A stretch of 63,471 bases of DNA, counting the filler, from Folioceros fuciformis (lineage: Eukaryota), in assembly GCA_049999805.1 (NCBI GenBank). It is 14 parts of 14 records of this genome, joined end to end, with 100 filler letters (N's around TTAATTAATTAA, not from the genome) between each part and the next. Parts side by side here need not be neighbours in the genome. Positions count along the whole stretch, not along the records: positions 1 to 3,421 come from JBNGIO010003046.1; positions 3,522 to 7,508 come from JBNGIO010003047.1; positions 7,609 to 12,203 come from JBNGIO010003048.1; 11 more parts are not named here. One strand, given 5' to 3'. Made by a program: the position numbers and the translations under genes. Below the pieces are notes generated by a model. The model saw nothing but the letters and a program-made list of their open reading frames with translations. It did not search any database and was not told where the DNA came from. Shown piece by piece: positions 1 to 11,520 of this stretch (the first letter of the stretch is position 1; each line of letters starts with the position of its first letter).

Positions 1-775
1 GCGGGGAAGAAACATGTCAACGCGGACTTCCTTTCAAGACTTAAGACGAGCGGAAGGGTGCGAGAGATGGATGACCGTTTCCCCGACGAAGAACTAGTGG
101 CATTAATCAACGACGAGAACAAACCTACTTAGGTGGGTCCTCAATGGAGTTCGACATAAGTACCCAATGCTCAGGCTTGTGGAGAATCACCGCCTCAAGG
201 AGAGACACAAGCCGCCGTGATAGGAGATCCCCCGACCGCCCATCAACGCCAGGAAAAAGTCGCGGAGCCACCCGTGCTCAACGATGCGCCCGGGAGGAAC
301 GAATTGGTCGTTCGGGCGTCGGGCCGCCCACCTATCAGGAAGTTCATCAATTCCTGGCTCATGGGGTCATTCCCACTGACCTGAGCAGGGAAGGGCGAGC
401 CGTTTTTCTACAGAAGGTAGGACCCTATTGCCTGAAGCACAAGATATTGTACAAGATGGGCCCCGATGGAAAAATTCGCAGGTGTTTGGAGCCAGCGGAG
501 GCCATGTTAGTAGTCGAGGCCTTGCATGTTGAAGAGGCTGGCGGTCACTACTCAGTCCAGGTGACTGCCAAGAAGATCTTGGATACAGGATTTTGGTGGA
601 CGACCCTGCATAGAGACGTATGGGAGTACATCAAGCATTGTGATGCTTGTAAGCGGGTTGGGAGACCGACCCTAGGCACGCAATGGCCCCTAACCTATAT
701 TCTGCCCTTGGCACCCTTTGAAAAATGGGAAATAGACTTCGTCGGACCCATACGTCCTCCAACGCAGCGGCTAAA
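1..775 (+). mobile_element. Ty3/Gypsy pol remnant (RNase H end, integrase zinc-binding domain, start of integrase core)
   Basis: Frame 1 begins GKKHVNADFLSRL, a Gypsy RNase H C-terminal motif. ORF 144..890 contains H..AGGHY...GFWWTTLHRDVWEYIKHCDACKR (HHCC) and PFEKWEIDFVGP. The RH-before-INT order is Gypsy. Confidence 0.9.
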
Positions 776-3107
776 GGGAAGCCCCCAGGATTTTTCCACC
801 ACAGAAATTTTGTCTCATAGATACGAAAAATTACAGGAATGCAATTCCACTTCTATAGCCATAAGCAAATTAAAGAAATTCAGAAGCTAAAGGAGCAGAT
901 GTCTGCTCTAACTGCTTCTGCTCCTACTTCTTGAGAATTGCTATCCGACATCATGGCAGACAACGATAGATTACAAGAGAAAGATCGTCTCACGTCTGCC
1001 AATTATGATGCTTGGAGTTGGAGGATAAGAACTATCCTAGAGGAGAAGCAATTAATGGATGTCGTTGATGGAACACTTCATGAACGATTGGCTGGATAGC
1101 CTTCGGGCTCAACTACACCTTGTGATACAAATGTTCTCTGGACACAAAAGGAAGACGAAACATGGCTCAAGTCAGACCGGAAAGCCAAAACAATTCTGAT
1201 TTCATCAATTTCTCAAGAGATGATTCCGCATGTCAAGTTAACAAAACATTCCAATGAAGTCTGGTCCTTATTTGCTAAGACATATGAAGCAAAGGATATG
1301 ATGACAGAAGTTGCGGCAACTCTTAATATTCAGAATTTGAGGATGAAAGAAAGTGATTCCGTTGAATCTCATGTGGCCAAGTTTGGAGCTGCTCGCGCCA
1401 AACTCGCATCTTGTGGAGTTCTTCTCTCTAAGTCCAGAGCTGCAGTTTAGTTGTTTGCATCTCTGCCACCTAGCTACGAGCAATGGAGCTCGAGCCAATA
1501 GGCTACAGCAATAGTTATTCCAGCCACAGCGACTACTCCTGCAACCACGAATTTGACAGTTCAGAGGTTAGTAGGAGCTCTATTACAAGCATAAGCTTAT
1601 AGAAAACATCGGAAAGCAGGATCTAGTGGAGGGGGCTCATCTCACAAACAATCCGACACTGCTCTTTATTCCAGTCGTGGAAGAGGAAGAGGGAGGGGTC
1701 GAGGGCGTGGAGGATTTGGACGTGGTCGTGGTGGCCAGTCCTCAAATCAGTCTTCCAATCATGGAAACAACTCTAGCTCTCATGGTGGGAAGAAGCCCGG
1801 ACGGTGCAACTACTATAACATACCAGGCCACTGGATCAAGGACTGTAGGAAGAGAAAAGCTAACGAGGCTGCGAAGGGAAAGCAGGCAAAAGGGCATGTA
1901 GCAAGGGCCTCCACACCGGGGCTATTGGTGGCGTGTCTGTATTTTGCTGCTCGTGCTACACATGACTGGTTTCTCGACAGTGGAGCGTCTAACCATATGT
2001 GTGCACAACGGAAGCAGTTTGTGACTTACCTGCCTGCACCAACTTGTCACAAATTAGCGGTGTCATTAGGAGACAATTCAAAATTCCCCATCAAAGGAGC
2101 TTGGATGGGTGTCAAGCCAGATCTGGATCATCTTCGTGTTTTTGGGAGCATTGCATATGCTCATATTCTTGACAAATTGCGACAAAAGTTTTCTTATAAA
2201 TCCAAGAGACACATCTTCATTGGCTACACAGCTGGAATTCATGGATACGAATTGTTTGATCCTACCTCTCGCAGAGTAGTTCATGCTAGGACTGTTGTTT
2301 TTGATGAACGTCCAGTGTTGCAGGCTGTAGACTTAGTTGATCTGGCTGAATCCGAATCTCCAGCTCTAGGACCTGCCCCAGATGTAGAACCCAAGTTAGA
2401 AGGTGATTTAGACGTTGCTGAATTCCCTACCTTTGATCCTTCCTTTGTCCCGGCTATTGCTCCCCATGCTAATCCTGATTTAGTAGATGATGATGTTGCT
2501 GATCCTCCCCAGCCGGATTTCGTTGTTGATCAACCCCTTAGCCCTGTTCCGGATCTTCCTCACGCTCTTGACCCTCCTCTAGAAGATTTTGGAGTTGATG
2601 ATCATGTCGAGTATGTCATGCCTCTTCCTAAGTCTCCAGCTCTTCTTCGCCATTCTGCACGCACCCACAGACCTCGGGATCAGTGGCTGGAGCAACCTTA
2701 CAAACCTGAAGATTGGATTGGTCTTCGGGATCAGGCCCTTGTCCCTCATCCCATGGGTTCTGATGCTGGAAACTTGGCAGTTGAGACTGTTCATCTTGCC
2801 GTCAGTCCTGGTTGCGAGCCACAATCTTATCAGGAGGCTGTTCAAGGGGCTGAATCTCAGCAGTGGCAGGAAGCAATCAAACCTGAGTATGATTCACTTC
2901 TCACTAATGGAACTTGGGAGCTTTGCAGACCCCCTCTGGATAGGAAAATTGTGAGTAGCAAGTGGGTCTTCAAGCTCAAGTATCGGGCAGATGGGTCAAT
3001 TGCTCGCTATAAGGCACGACTTGTTGCTCGAGGTTTTTCTCAAGTTCCTGGCTTGGACTATCATAACACCTTTTCTCCTGTAGTCAACGCTCAGTCCCGT
3101 AGAGTGC
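776..3107 (+). mobile_element. Degenerate, internally deleted Ty1/Copia element (lineage B): gag, protease, post-integrase region, RT start
   Basis: Gag starts at ATG 953 (MADNDRLQEKDRLTSANYDAWSWRI) with a knuckle CNYYNIPGHWIKDC. It also shows protease WFLDSGAS, HLRVFG and [21 protein letters not shown]. Several stops and frameshifts are present. Confidence 0.9.
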
Positions 3108-3421
3108 TGTTGGTTGGGGGCAACTCCATCACTCTCACTCTCTTTCGAATCAGATAAGGGTATGGGCTCACTTGAGGTACCAATGGCTACTACGCTTCTC
3201 GATGTCATCTTGTGCAGAGTGGAGCTCACGAATTCCTCCTCTCAGGCTGAGCACAAGCAAGTTTTGAAGGCGCTGCTTTGAAGTCTGCACGCACTGAGGA
3301 TGACGGGAGTAACCCGTGGTTTTTGGGCAGCGTGCAATCATGATGATGTGTGTGCTAGGGTTTAAGCTTGGGGTTATCAAAAATAATAATGCAGTTTAAT
3401 TACTATGAGTAATGTATGTAC

Positions 3422-3521
3422 NNNNNNNNNNNNNNNNNNNNNNNNNNNNNNNNNNNNNNNNNNNNTTAATTAATTAANNNNNNNNNNNNNNNNNNNNNNN
3501 NNNNNNNNNNNNNNNNNNNNN
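3422..3521. other. Artificial contig spacer N44-TTAATTAATTAA-N44 (first of 13)
   Basis: Identical 100-nt spacers also lie at 7509-7608, 12204-12303, 18869-18968, 27580-27679, 30205-30304, 38360-38459, 39542-39641, 51296-51395, 55268-55367, 57944-58043, 59992-60091 and 62224-62323. The core gives stops in all six frames. Confidence 0.98.
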
Positions 3522-6500
3522 AGTCAGGATCTCGATCAGACGTAGGAGGACATTCCTGTTATGAGCGACAGAGGTCCAAGTTGTGGACATACGATTCGGA
3601 AGAAGTTGTGAGGGTAACCTGTAGAATCTACATTTCATTTCGACCAATTTCAAACTAGCTTTTTGGTTGATTTGGATCGATTTTGAAGCATGACGTCTTT
3701 AGAAAACGTCATGTTCAATATCGAGAAGTTAGATGGTACTAACTTCCCATTCTGGAAAGAACAAGTGTATAATGTTCTAGTACAGAAGAAGCAGATCAAG
3801 CCCATCAAGCTGCTAGGAGTGAAACCTGTTAGCATGACTCAGGATGAGTGGCAGGATCTAGATGAGCTTGCCAGGTCTACCATCATGCTAACAGTGTCGA
3901 AGTCGGTCTACTTCAACGTGAAAGACAAGACCACAAGTTTCGAGCTATGGCAGAAGCTGTGTGACTTGTATAAGAAGCAAAGTGCGGCTTCTCAGGTGTA
4001 TTGGTTGAAACAGCTGGTGGACTTGAAGATGAAGGAAGGGACGAGGATGTCTGATCATCTGAATGAGTTCAATACCATTTTCAGCCAGCTCTCATCTCAA
4101 GGTATCTCGTTCCCAGATTCCGTGAGAGCTATGTTTCTATTGGTCACATTACCAGAGAGCTGGGACACCTTCCGTACGGCTCTGAGTAATTCCGCTCCTG
4201 CCAGTGGTCTTACCGTTGTAAATGTAGAAGGTAGCCTGTTAACAGAGGAGGTGAACAGGAAGAATATGGAACCTTCGAAAGGTTCTAATGCCCTCATGGT
4301 GAGAGGAAGGTCCACTTCAAAGGGGAAGTACAAGGAGCGAAATTCTTCCCGTAGCAAATCTCGTAGTCGTAACAATGTTGAGTGTTACCATTGTCACAAG
4401 AAGGGTCACATCAGAAGGGACTGCGACAAGTTCAAGAAGGAAAAAGGCAAGGAGAAGAAGCAGAGCGACAACAAGTCAGATTCGAGTATCGAGCGTGATG
4501 AGGTGAACTTTGTTGACGATGAAGATGTTCTTATCTCTTCTTCTTTTGGTTCTGCACAACTGACAGCCATGGAGAGTCACTTATTCTCTAATTGGATAAT
4601 TGACTCTGGAGCATCTTTCCATGTTACTCCGCATAGGGAGTGGTTTAGCACTTATGATGCTACTAGGAAAGGATGTGTTCGGCTTGGAAATAACTACGCG
4701 TGCGAGATAGCAGGCGTTGGTGATGTGTAGCTGAAGTTCGACAACGGATCTTCATTCACACTAAAGGATGTCAGGCATGTTCCGAAGTTGACCAAAAGCA
4801 TGATTAGCGCAGGGCAGTTGGATGACGCTCAGCGGGCTACCACTGTTGGTTTGGAGATCGTTCTTGGAAGATCTCCAAAGGTTCTCTTGTGATAGCTCAT
4901 GGATCGAAGTGTGGCACTTTGTACTCACTTCAGGTAACCACTGTCAAGGATCATGTGATTTGTGTAGCGGAATAGCCAAGTGTTTGTTTCCTTGTGGCAT
5001 AGTCGGTTAGGACATATGTCTCAGAAAGGAATGAAGATCTTATCTCGTTTTGGTTACGTCCCTGCTCTTGACTTCTCCGATTTCTCCGTGTGTGAGCACT
5101 GTTTGTATGGAAAAGAGACGAAGTCACCACATGGAGCAAGAGGTAAACACAAAAGGTGAGGTGTTTACCTCTTGCAAGAGGTAAACACACCGTATACTCC
5201 TCCCCAGAATGGTGTGGCTGAGCGGATGAACAGGACCATCCAGGAGAGGATGCGTAGTTTGTTGTCAAACTTTGGATTGCCTAACGGATTTTGGGCAGAA
5301 GCGGTGGTTACGGCAGTGCATCTTATTAACAGATCTCCTAATAGGGCTGTGGATGAACAGGTTCCAGAGGAGATGTGGTCTGGAAAGAAACCGTCATACA
5401 AACATCTTCGAGTGTTTGGCTGCGAGGCATACTACCATGTTCCGAAGGAGTTTCGCGACAAGTTGGCTCCTAAGTCAAGAAAATGTATTTTTCTTGGCTA
5501 TGGTGAATCTGGTGAGATGGGATACCGTCTGTGGGATCCAGAAGCCAAGAGGATGGTTCGCAGCAATGATGTGTTCTTCAATGAGACCAAGATGCACAAG
5601 AAGCCTACTCCAACTGTGGAGGTGCGACGGGTGGTCTTCCAAGAAGATGGACTTGACCGTCCCGCGCAGGCTGAACATCGTGATGTGCAGGAACAAGTTC
5701 CTCCACTTGTAGACGAGGAGAGAGTGCAACCAGCTCCGGTCGAGGCGCCAGTGCTTCGTAGGTCAGAAAGGATCTCACGTCCTCCTGACAGGTATGTTGC
5801 ATCTCTTGATTATGTCATGCTGACGGATTGTGGGGAGCCCTCTTGTTACCAAGAGGCCATGTCAGTGACTGACAAAAACAAGTGGGAGAAGGCGATGCAT
5901 TCGCAGATGGATTCGCTCCATAAGAACCAAACTTGGGAGTTGGTTCGGTTGCCTAAGGGCAAGAAGGCGTTGCCATGCAAATGGGTGTATAAGATGAAGG
6001 ACATACCCCATTATGGCAAACCCAAGTACAAGGCACGATTGGTTGCTAAAGGTTTTAAGCAACAGCAAGGTATTGACTTTGATGAGATTTTCTCACCAGT
6101 TGTCAAAATGACTACCTTGAGATGTGTTCTTGGTGTGGTTGCGAGGAACGACATGGAACTTGTCCAGATGGATGTGAAGTCGGCATTTCTGCATGGTGAT
6201 CTCCAAGAAGAGGTATACATGCAGTAACCAGAGGGTTTCATTGAGAAGGGCAAAGAGAGTCTGGTGTGCAAGTTAAAGAAGAGCCTTTATGGTTTGAAGC
6301 AGGCACCCAGGGAGCGGTATTTCAAGTTCCACTCATTTATGCTTTCTCAAGGCTACAAGCGTAGCGATATGGATCATTGCCTCTATACAAAGCAAGCTAA
6401 GGATGGAAGCTTGCTCATTCTAGTCCTCTATGTGGATGATATGCTAATTGCTGGGACTAACAGTGATGAGATTTCAGCTTTGCAGTCAAAGTTGAATGGT

Positions 6501-7508
6501 CGCTTTGACATGACAGACTTGGGGGAGGCAAGCCATATTCTTTGCATGCGTATTCGTCGAGACAGACAGAAGCGTTTGATGTACTTGTCTCAGACAGAAT
6601 ACATTAACAAGGTGCTTCAACGTTTCAATATGGAGAAGGGGAAGGTCTTAAGTACTCCTTTGCCTCCATATGTGAAACTTTCGAGCAAGGATTTCCCAAG
6701 TTCTGCGGAGGATAAAGCTGAAATGGAGAAGGTTCCATACTCATCAGCTGTAGGGAGTTTGATGTATGCAATGATTGCTACACGTCCTGACATTGCTTTT
6801 GCAGTGGGAGTGGTTAGCAGGTTCAAGTCAAACCCTGGCAGGAAGCATTGGGAGGCAGTGAAAGGAGTTATGAGGTATTTGAATGGTACAAAAGCTTTGT
6901 GCTTATGTTTTGGTAGTGAAGATGCATCTGTAGTGGGATATACGGATGCTGATTATGCAGGGGATATGGACAAAAGGAGGTCCACATCAGGTTATGTCTT
7001 CATATGCACTGGAGGGGCAGTCTCATGGCGATCTCGTTTGCAATCGTGCATAACGCTATCTACCACAGAGGCCGAGTATGTTGCAGCGACTGAGGCTTGC
7101 AAGGAAGCCATGTGGCTTACTCGTTTAGTGAGAGATTTGGGGATCAAGGGTGAGCTGCCAGTGTTGCATTGTGATAGCCAGAGTGCTATCCAGTTGGCGA
7201 AGAATCCAGTGTTTCATGCGAAGACCAAACATGTGGAAGTGAAGTATCACTTCATTCGAGAGGTGTTGGAAGACAAGAGGGTACAGCTTGTCAAAGTTCA
7301 CACCAGTCAGAACCCTGCAGATGTTCTTACCAAGGGGCTCTCTACGGAGCAATTCGCACAAGCTCGGACACTCATGGGCATGAGCTAGACCACTCTCTTA
7401 TGAAGGTAAATTGGCCTTTAAGTGGGAGGTTGTAGGGTTATTAAAGCCCAATGTGCTTAGGCTAATGTGTTTAGTCTAAGATTAGTGTCTAGTTAATGTG
7501 CTTAGACT
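3522..7508 (+). mobile_element. Ty1/Copia family A (Tnt1/Tork-like), nearly full internal region plus start of 3' LTR
   Basis: Contains leader, gag-pol 3690-7388, PPT AAGTGGGAGG at ~7420-7429 and an LTR starting TGTAGGGTTATTAAAGCCC at 7431. Confidence 0.93.
3690..7388 (+). pseudogene. Copia gag-pol polyprotein, disrupted
   Basis: Motifs: IEKLDGTNF, knuckle [61 protein letters not shown] and ADVLTK. Stops occur at 4728 and 6225, and the integrase core is partly deleted near 5150-5190. Confidence 0.92.
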
Positions 7509-7608
7509 NNNNNNNNNNNNNNNNNNNNNNNNNNNNNNNNNNNNNNNNNNNNTTAATTAATTAANNNNNNNNNNNNNNNNNNNNNNNNNNNNNNNNNNNN
7601 NNNNNNNN

Positions 7609-9723
7609 CTAATTGACTCAAGTATCGGGGGTTCATATGACCTGCCCTGCAGTGCCAGAGCAGTGACTCCTTGTATGAGCTGGAGAGGATGGCAGACCAT
7701 GGGCAAGGGCAGTGCTACATGGATCGGCAGAGTGGTGAATGGTGCAGTGGTTACCTTGGAAAATGATAACCAGACTGTGTTCAGTGGCTAGCTTCCTGAC
7801 GGAGAGTAAATTTTTGGTCATTGTAGGGACGTGGAGCACCCCGTTGATGGTGAGTGTTTCGCCATTAGATAGTCGAAGTTGTACTTCGCCGGTGCCGATG
7901 ATGGAAAGAGGGCTGTCATCTCCCAGCAGCACGTGTTGGTCAAAGGGCACGTCGTGATACGTGCTAAACATGTCTCTACTGCTACAAATGTGAGTTGTAG
8001 CGCCGGAGTCGAGAAACCATCTGGTCTTGTCGGTCCTCGTGAGGGTGAGGCAAATGGCCAGGATGAAACTTGTCGGGGTGGTCCTTGAAGTAGTGAGGTG
8101 AGACTCATTCTAGGGTGTGTCCCTCCTTGGCTCTCCGCTCTGCTTCTTCCTGCACTCGTGCTCAAAGTGGCCTGGTATTTTACACCAGTTGCAGATGCCC
8201 TTTTGAAATGATCTGTTAACTGGGCGATTGCTGGGAGCAAAATTGCCTTGTGTTGCTTGCCTAGGTTGTCTGCGAGTCAAGAGATTGTTGCGGAAACCTC
8301 CTCTACGAGCTCCACGACCCCTCGATGTGAAAAGCGCATGGTTGGGTCCAGTTGCAGGCTTATGTATAGTTGATCGACTAGCTTCTTCCTCCAGAAGGGC
8401 TCCGAGAACTTCTGCGAATGTGTACGCAGGTATTGATCCTGCTTGAGCTGCACTTTGTGCCTGGCGAAGGGCTGAACTTTGTGAGCTCACGAAGGTTCTG
8501 TATGAAGCAGGAAGAGAGGTTAGTAGGGCGACCGCCGCCTGGTACTCGTTCAGTGGGCTTCCACTTGATGCAAGTCTTGCTCTTGCTGCTCTGAAGGTGT
8601 GTACATGTTGTTCGACTGTTTCGCTCTCCTTCATTCTTAGCTGATAAAATTGCCGTGTGGCATTTACGATAGACATGGAGATTTGCGCTGCGAACATGTC
8701 TTTAAACACTCTCCAGATCTCGTGGGCAGTCTTCTGACTTGAGTATGTTGGGGCATGTTTTTGTCGAGTGCTGAGAATAGGATGCTAATGGCTCGTTTAT
8801 CTTTCTTTGCCCAGGCTGCAATGTCATTGGCGGTGGCGCCTCCTGCAGCTGTGGGTTGATGAACTGTGCCGTCCACGATCCCCATAAGGTCGTGCTCTTC
8901 CAATAATGCAGTGACTCGCATTTGCCAGGTGTCGTAGTCGCTGCCGGTGAACCTGTCTCGGTCCCTGAACTCAATCTTTGTTGTGTTGACAATTGATGTG
9001 CTGGTAGCTGGGTGTGTTGTCATTGCTCTTGTCTCCTACCTCCTGGTGCCGCGATTTTGCAAGGGGTCAAAAGGGAGCATGCGCGGTGCGCTAATTATTG
9101 ACGCCGGGTTGTGAACAAGTCACGCATCAAAGCGGTTATGATTTCCATCTGAGATTCGAGACGAATTATCTGGATTCGGAGATGATCTTCAGAGAGAGAA
9201 TCGCGCGGGCGGTCCTGTTCATTAGCAGGTGAGTGTAGTGGAAGGAAGATTGTTCTGGTTCGGTCGGATTCACAGAATTCGGTACGCTTATTGCAGTTGC
9301 TGCAGGGTGCGTTGGGAAAGCGCGGTGGCCGCGCATGCGATGCGCGAACGGGCTGCACCTTACTCCGAGGCATCTCGCAGATTCAGGGTCAGACGTCCGA
9401 GTTGCCGTGCTTGGCACCCTGAGTCATAAAAACCTGGTTGTCGCTGCGTGCGGGCGTAGGTCACACGGGGCATCGAGGCTAATCTGCACGCCAAAGAACC
9501 ATATGGCTCTGATACCATAAAGCGGCAATGTATATGGTGCAAAGATGCGCGTACTGACTGATTAAGTTCGGGGTCTTATATACACGTTACCGTATTTAGT
9601 TGAACTGTAATTAACTGTTTTATAGTTTGTAACTATGCGAACCGCTAATTCTCATAACTAGACGAACCGTGCCCTAATCCCGTCGAGTCTTCGTTCCGTC
9701 AACGTGTCGCTATTGTCACAACA
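7609..9723 (-). mobile_element. Copia lineage B, 5' half (5' LTR, PBS, upstream ORF, gag, protease)
   Basis: LTR ~9518-9723 and tRNA-iMet PBS (TGGTATCAGAGC on the minus strand) at 9506-9517. Gag starts at 9023 (KIEFRDRDRFTGSDY) with knuckle CNWCKIPGHFEHEC. The protease region contains VLHVPTMTKNLLSV. Confidence 0.9.
9095..9373 (-). CDS. Putative extra ORF upstream of gag (CxxC plus coiled-coil-like C-terminus)
   Basis: 92-aa ATG-initiated ORF between PBS and gag, with CSNC and a heptad-like LRIQIIRLESQMEIITAL. Confidence 0.45.
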   Translation of the reverse strand: MPRSKVQPVRASHARPPRFPNAPCSNCNKRTEFCESDRTRTIFLPLHSPANEQDRPRDSLSEDHLRIQIIRLESQMEIITALMRDLFTTRRQ

Positions 9724-11520
9724 TTGTTGACACAAGAAGAGTTGGAGGAGGCGGAACAACCTTTTGCAGTTGACCCATTGCAGGGGGAGGCTTTCATCTC
9801 CGGTGGAGTGTCGACCCCTCTTACGGATGAGGAGTCCCCACTTGATTCCGAATTAGCTATGGCAGCCTATGATGAGTCTGATGAGATGATAACACCCCGT
9901 TGATATAGAGACCTAGGGAGCAGCAAAGGGACTGAAGGCTACCATCAATCTCCACCCCAACTGAGATGGAGAGAGTGAGGGATCCTGGACCAAGCCAGCC
10001 AATAGTTGAAGTAGGGTACCAGGGAGGAGATTTGGCGATGACACCAGTAGTGCAAGCACATAGTGGAGCACCAGATTTGGGGTGAAGGAGCCCATTGAAT
10101 TGGGAGGCAACCCGGGGAGCACACGCCACAAGCCAAGGTAACGACACTTCATTGGGAGTGTGGGGCAACATCATTTGATGTGGCCAACAGCTACAAAACA
10201 TCAATTGGGGAGAGGCCCGTGCAATGATTGCAGCCCTACTACAGGAGGACATAAGTCGGGATGCAGACCAGGCACGACTAGAATCCCAAGTGCAGGAATT
10301 GGAGAAGGAGTGAGGACAGTATCTCCTCAAGGATGGTGAGCAAAGGCAAGAACTAGAAAAGTTGACCCAGCAGGTGACCAAGTTGCAGACTTCTCAACAA
10401 GGTTTATCACATGAAATCATTGCATGTCGAAGGGACCTCGCCTAGTCTGAAAAAACTAGGAAGGTGGTGGAGGAAGAGATACGGGAACAAGTCTACCTTG
10501 CAAAGGATTTACAAGGCAAGCTAGATGAGTTGGAGGCACAAAATGCTAAAGGAACCAGGAACTCCAGCAATGCCTTGAAGTAGGGCAACGAGAGCGAGTG
10601 GAGAGAGAACAATTGACCATCCAATTAGAAGACCTTCGGCAGGAGAAAGCACAACAAGAAGCTGAGCACCAGACCAAGATTCACAGGATGCTGGTGGTTT
10701 GAGCTTGTAGGTTTTGTGCTGACTATGCCTACTTGATGGGGTGCATGACCAAGCTTCATGCAACTCATCAAGAAAACCTTGACCTACAGTTGAAGGTAGG
10801 GGCAATTGAGGCTGAACGGGATATCTACAAGAGTAGATGCGAGGGTGGGGATTGGGTTGTCGACATAGATACCATAGATCTAGCTCAACAAAATGACAAC
10901 CTCCACCTACACCAACGTCTACTTGCTCATCACAAAGAACTGGCAGCATTGGCAAGGCGAAGGTATCTTGGGCCACATGATGACGGCCGTGAGGCCCTGG
11001 AGGCAGTGCCCCTACCAACTGACTTTCAAGAGGATAGCAATATGGACCTAGAGAGCTCGCAATGGGAACCTAAGGAGCTGTTATGGGCCAGGAAGAGCAT
11101 GCAACAAGAAGGACCTACTCCCATAGGGAACCTACCTACGAGAGGAGAGGTAGGGAACCTACCTATGAGAGGAGGGGAAGGAATGGTAGGGACCCTACCT
11201 ACGAGAGGAGGGGAAGGAATGGTAGGGACCCTACCTACAAGAGGAGGGGAAGGAATGGTAGGGACCCTACCTACGGAGGGAACATTCCCACCCTACGTAG
11301 GGAAGGAGCCTCAAGTTGTAGGTGGTGGTGAAGGGACAACCCAAGAGATCCACATAGAGGAAGGTACGGTGGAAGCTCGTGGATCCAAAAGAAGACGAAT
11401 CCCAATAATGGAGGGGGGCCCGGTGGCTCAGCCTTCAGACTCTGCCTTCCTTCAGGAGCCATCCTAGCTACACCTTTTTGAAAAGGGGGTCAACGAATCT
11501 TTTATGGCGGCACCGACAGT
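9724..11520 (+). pseudogene. Degenerate coiled-coil accessory ORF of a probable Gypsy (Tat-like) element
   Basis: Long E/Q/K/L-rich frame broken by stops. The 3' part (11140-11520) is clearly homologous to ~35100-35520 on the minus strand. Confidence 0.5.
11125..11280 (+). repeat. 36-bp tandem repeat (MVGTLPTRGGEG units) with palindromic core GTAGGGACCCTAC
   Basis: About three full units plus shorter variants are read directly. Related units lie at 35400-35520 on the minus strand. Confidence 0.85.

Noticed and set aside
144-890. A single novel 248-aa protein
   Set aside because: It is a chimera of low-complexity sequence, Gypsy integrase and an off-frame read into the adjacent Copia leader.
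4728-4730. Programmed stop-codon readthrough or RNA editing of in-frame stops in Copia pol
   Set aside because: Stop positions differ between copies (for example 6225 versus ~58996) and fit random C>T decay.
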